Origin: Alistipes sp.
GTDB lineage: Bacteria; Bacteroidota; Bacteroidia; Bacteroidales; Rikenellaceae
Assembly: GCA_020026395.1 (NCBI GenBank)
Contig: JAHHQM010000004.1
Location: 87,237-151,236, forward strand
DNA length: 64,000 bases
Reading direction: 5' to 3'
The position numbers and the translations under genes were made by a program. The notes beneath the pieces are model-generated. The model was not told where the DNA came from and searched no databases. It saw only the letters and a list, made by a program, of their open reading frames with translations. Shown in pieces: positions 61,643 through 64,000 of this stretch; positions within the stretch are counted from its first letter, which is position 1; each line of letters begins with the position of its first letter.

Positions 61643-63007
61643 ATGCGGAAAATTCTTTCACTCATCGCTTTATTTTCGTTTACGGGACTCTTGGCACAGA
61701 ATCCCGCGGAAGTAAACCATACCAATCCCGTCAGCGGAGAGATCATGATCTACCCGACGGAGGAGGAGGCCGCCCGAAACGACCTCAAGACCAACAATCG
61801 CTACAATACACACCTCGACTCCTGGACGCAGGACGACAATCTTTTCTCGACCCGTTTCACGATGCCTTTTGCGTGGCTGAACCGTCAGGTTATGTTGCGC
61901 GTGGGATCGACCTCGGGCGAATATGTCGTACGCGTAAACGGCAAGGTCATCGAGGAGAATTCGGTGGGCGCTCTGGCGGGTAATTTCGATATTACGCGTG
62001 CCTGCCACGAGGGGCAAAACCTGCTCGAAATCGAAACCAATCCCTACTCCGAATTTGCAGTTTTGGAGGATTGGAAGTCGTCGAACGCTCCGTTTGTAGC
62101 CGATGTACGTCTGATGTCCGTTCCCAAACTCCACGTGCGTGACATCCTGACCACCACGTGGCGAGCCGACGACGAAAGCGACACCGCCACCGCGCAGATC
62201 GGCATCATCGTCAAGAGCGAAGCGTTGAATCCGCGCACTTCGCACCTTTATTATGAGCTCTATTCGCCGCTTGGCGAACGCGTTCACATGGGCGATCAGC
62301 AAATGACGCTTCAGCTGAAAGGCGAAGACACGTTGCGTATCGTAAGCCACATTCCCTACCCGATGATGTGGAGTCCGACGAACCCCAAACTCTACACCCT
62401 GCGCATCAAGACCCAGCACGAAGGCCGTTTCGAAGAGTATCTCGAGATTCCGGTCGGGTTCTGCCTGATTCAGGGACAGGGCAAGGAGATGATGATCAAC
62501 GGCGAACGCATTCCGCTCAAGGCGCAAGAGGTCGAGCCGTCGATCACCAACCGCGAAATTGACGATTTGAAACTGGGCAAATACAACACGATCATCCTCA
62601 AGCCGGGCGTCGTGCGTCAGGGATTGCTGGACTATTGCGACCAGGTGGGTATGTTTGTCGTGGCACAGGCACCGATCGACTCGCACAAAAGCGGTCTGTC
62701 GCGCCGTAAGGGCGGTAATCCGACGAACAATCCCGAGTTCCGCGACGAATATCTCAAGCGCACCGAACGCATGTATCACCTCACAAAACGTCATCCGTCG
62801 GTCATCGCGTTCTCCATTGCCCACGCTTCGGCAAACGGCATTAACCTCTACGAGAGTTTTCTCAACCTGAAACATTTTGCCGATCCGCGCCCGATGATCT
62901 ATCCCGATGCCGCAGGCGAATGGAATAACGATCCGTTGCACATCGACGAGGTAAGTGCCAATAAATCAGCCTCGGAAGCCTCTTTGGAGGAGGTAAGTCG
63001 CGAATAA
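61643..63007 (+). CDS. GH2 (beta-galactosidase)-like secreted protein, degenerate and truncated TIM barrel
   Basis: Signal peptide, GH2 sugar-binding and Ig domains, WSPTNPKLYTL, CDQVGMFV, RHPSVIAFS. Confidence 0.8.
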   Translation: MRKILSLIALFSFTGLLAQNPAEVNHTNPVSGEIMIYPTEEEAARNDLKTNNRYNTHLDSWTQDDNLFSTRFTMPFAWLNRQVMLRVGSTSGEYVVRVNGKVIEENSVGALAGNFDITRACHEGQNLLEIETNPYSEFAVLEDWKSSNAPFVADVRLMSVPKLHVRDILTTTWRADDESDTATAQIGIIVKSEALNPRTSHLYYELYSPLGERVHMGDQQMTLQLKGEDTLRIVSHIPYPMMWSPTNPKLYTLRIKTQHEGRFEEYLEIPVGFCLIQGQGKEMMINGERIPLKAQEVEPSITNREIDDLKLGKYNTIILKPGVVRQGLLDYCDQVGMFVVAQAPIDSHKSGLSRRKGGNPTNNPEFRDEYLKRTERMYHLTKRHPSVIAFSIAHASANGINLYESFLNLKHFADPRPMIYPDAAGEWNNDPLHIDEVSANKSASEASLEEVSRE

Positions 63008-63094
63008 GGAATAAAATTATTTTAAAAATTATTGCATTTTTTTGGAGATCCCGATAATTCGCCTTATCTTTGCAACGCATTCAAAAAGAATGAT

Positions 63095-63167
63095 GCCTCT
63101 TTAGCTCAGTTGGTAGAGCACGACACTCTTAATGTTGGGGTCCAGGGTTCGAGCCCCTGAGGGGGTA
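63095..63167 (+). tRNA. tRNA-Lys(CTT)
   Basis: GCCTCTT/AGGGGGT acceptor, D arm GCTC..GAGC, anticodon loop CTCTTAA, T loop TTCGAGC. Upstream TATCTTTG promoter motif. Confidence 0.93.
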
Positions 63168-63170
63168 CTT

Positions 63171-63202
63171 AAAAGCCGTGAAGTTCTTTCACGGCTTTTT
63201 TT
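63171..63202 (+). terminator. Terminator after tRNA-Lys
   Basis: AAAAGCCGTGAA-GTTCT-TTCACGGCTTTTTTT. Confidence 0.85.
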
Positions 63203-63215
63203 GTGTTCCTGTCTT

Positions 63216-63250
63216 AAAAAGGAGCGACCCGCAAAGGTCGCTCCTTTTTT
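63216..63250 (-). terminator. Terminator of convergent gene
   Basis: AAAAAGGAGCGACC-CGCAAA-GGTCGCTCCTTTTTT. Confidence 0.8.
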
Positions 63251-64000
63251 CTATTTTCCGAGACGCATCAGATTCGATACGGGATTCTTATCGGGTTCGA
63301 CAAACTCCGAGATGGGAGCCGCCTTGTCGCGCGAGAAGGTATGCAACTCGCGCACCACTTCCGAGAAGTTGCCCTGCTTATCCTTGGCAGCGGCCAGTAC
63401 CGTATAGGGTGCATCCCAGTTGCAGAGGTAGAGTTTCGTCGTCGGGAACCAATACTCCTGACGCGATTCGAAGGTCGCGATAATATCCATGTCGCTTAAC
63501 GTCTCGGACAAGGTCAGATCCTCCTCCGAAAGCGTTCCGTACCACATAGCGGCCTTTTCGTCCTGATGGAAGGTCACCGACACATACGCCTTACCGCGGG
63601 CATCGGCATACTTTTGGGGATTCAACGCATAGAGGTCGTCACCATTGAAATATTTGCCCATGGAGATCTGTACTTTCGATTCGCCGATCACGGTTGCAGC
63701 AGTCTTGATCGGCTTACTGCACTGCACTTCGGCCTGCGTTTTACCCATCTCGTCCATGCAGACGCACCATACATAATACTCCGTGTCGGGGGTCAGGTGC
63801 GAGAAAATATTACCCTCATCGCCACGGCTCAGGTTCCGATCCAGCATATCGAGGTTGGCCTCAACGACATAATTCTCGGCAAAGGCTCTCATATCGGCTT
63901 TGTTGGCCTCGTACTCCTCTTTCGAAAGGATGCTCCACATATACTCCACCGTCTTATCCGAAGGAACGACATCCACGGCAAAGCCCGTCGAGGTGATGTC
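63251..64000 (-). CDS. 3' part of an FN3-like domain surface protein (partial)
   Basis: Open frame runs to the window edge; FSHLTPDTEYYVWC is an FN3-like strand motif. Confidence 0.65.
   Translation of the reverse strand, partial: DITSTGFAVDVVPSDKTVEYMWSILSKEEYEANKADMRAFAENYVVEANLDMLDRNLSRGDEGNIFSHLTPDTEYYVWCVCMDEMGKTQAEVQCSKPIKTAATVIGESKVQISMGKYFNGDDLYALNPQKYADARGKAYVSVTFHQDEKAAMWYGTLSEEDLTLSETLSDMDIIATFESRQEYWFPTTKLYLCNWDAPYTVLAAAKDKQGNFSEVVRELHTFSRDKAAPISEFVEPDKNPVSNLMRLGK

Noticed and set aside
63095..64000. tRNA-Lys as integration site of an island
   Set aside because: No integrase or duplicated tRNA 3' end is visible. Two terminators and an ordinary-looking gene follow.

Overview
Core-genome-like 64 kb segment of a Bacteroidota bacterium. 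Gene content and the TAnnTTTG promoters suggest Rikenellaceae/Alistipes, which is an inference. It carries housekeeping genes (ruvB, rmuC, lgt, ribE, rpe, rlmB, relA/spoT, recA, bcp, serB, rfbA/B, tmk, sufBCDS), two AraC-linked RND efflux operons, Zn-uptake and Cu-efflux genes, a LytS/LytTR pair, tRNA-Arg(CCG) and tRNA-Lys(CTT). No integrase, transposase or CRISPR array was seen. The most striking unexplained structure is at 22.2-23.5 kb. There an XRE-HTH gene and an AT-rich array of about 10 copies of the 14-bp palindrome TTTACA-NN-TGTAAA are enclosed by a perfect 15-bp inverted repeat. Each arm of that repeat contains the XerD arm of dif (TTATGTTAAAT). Other notable items are a decaying DUF3575-DUF5119-fimbrillin (type V pilus-like) operon behind a sigma54-type promoter, a catalytically dead GH2-like protein, an S24/LexA-like protein lacking its catalytic dyad next to tRNA-Arg, and a possible orphan immunity protein.
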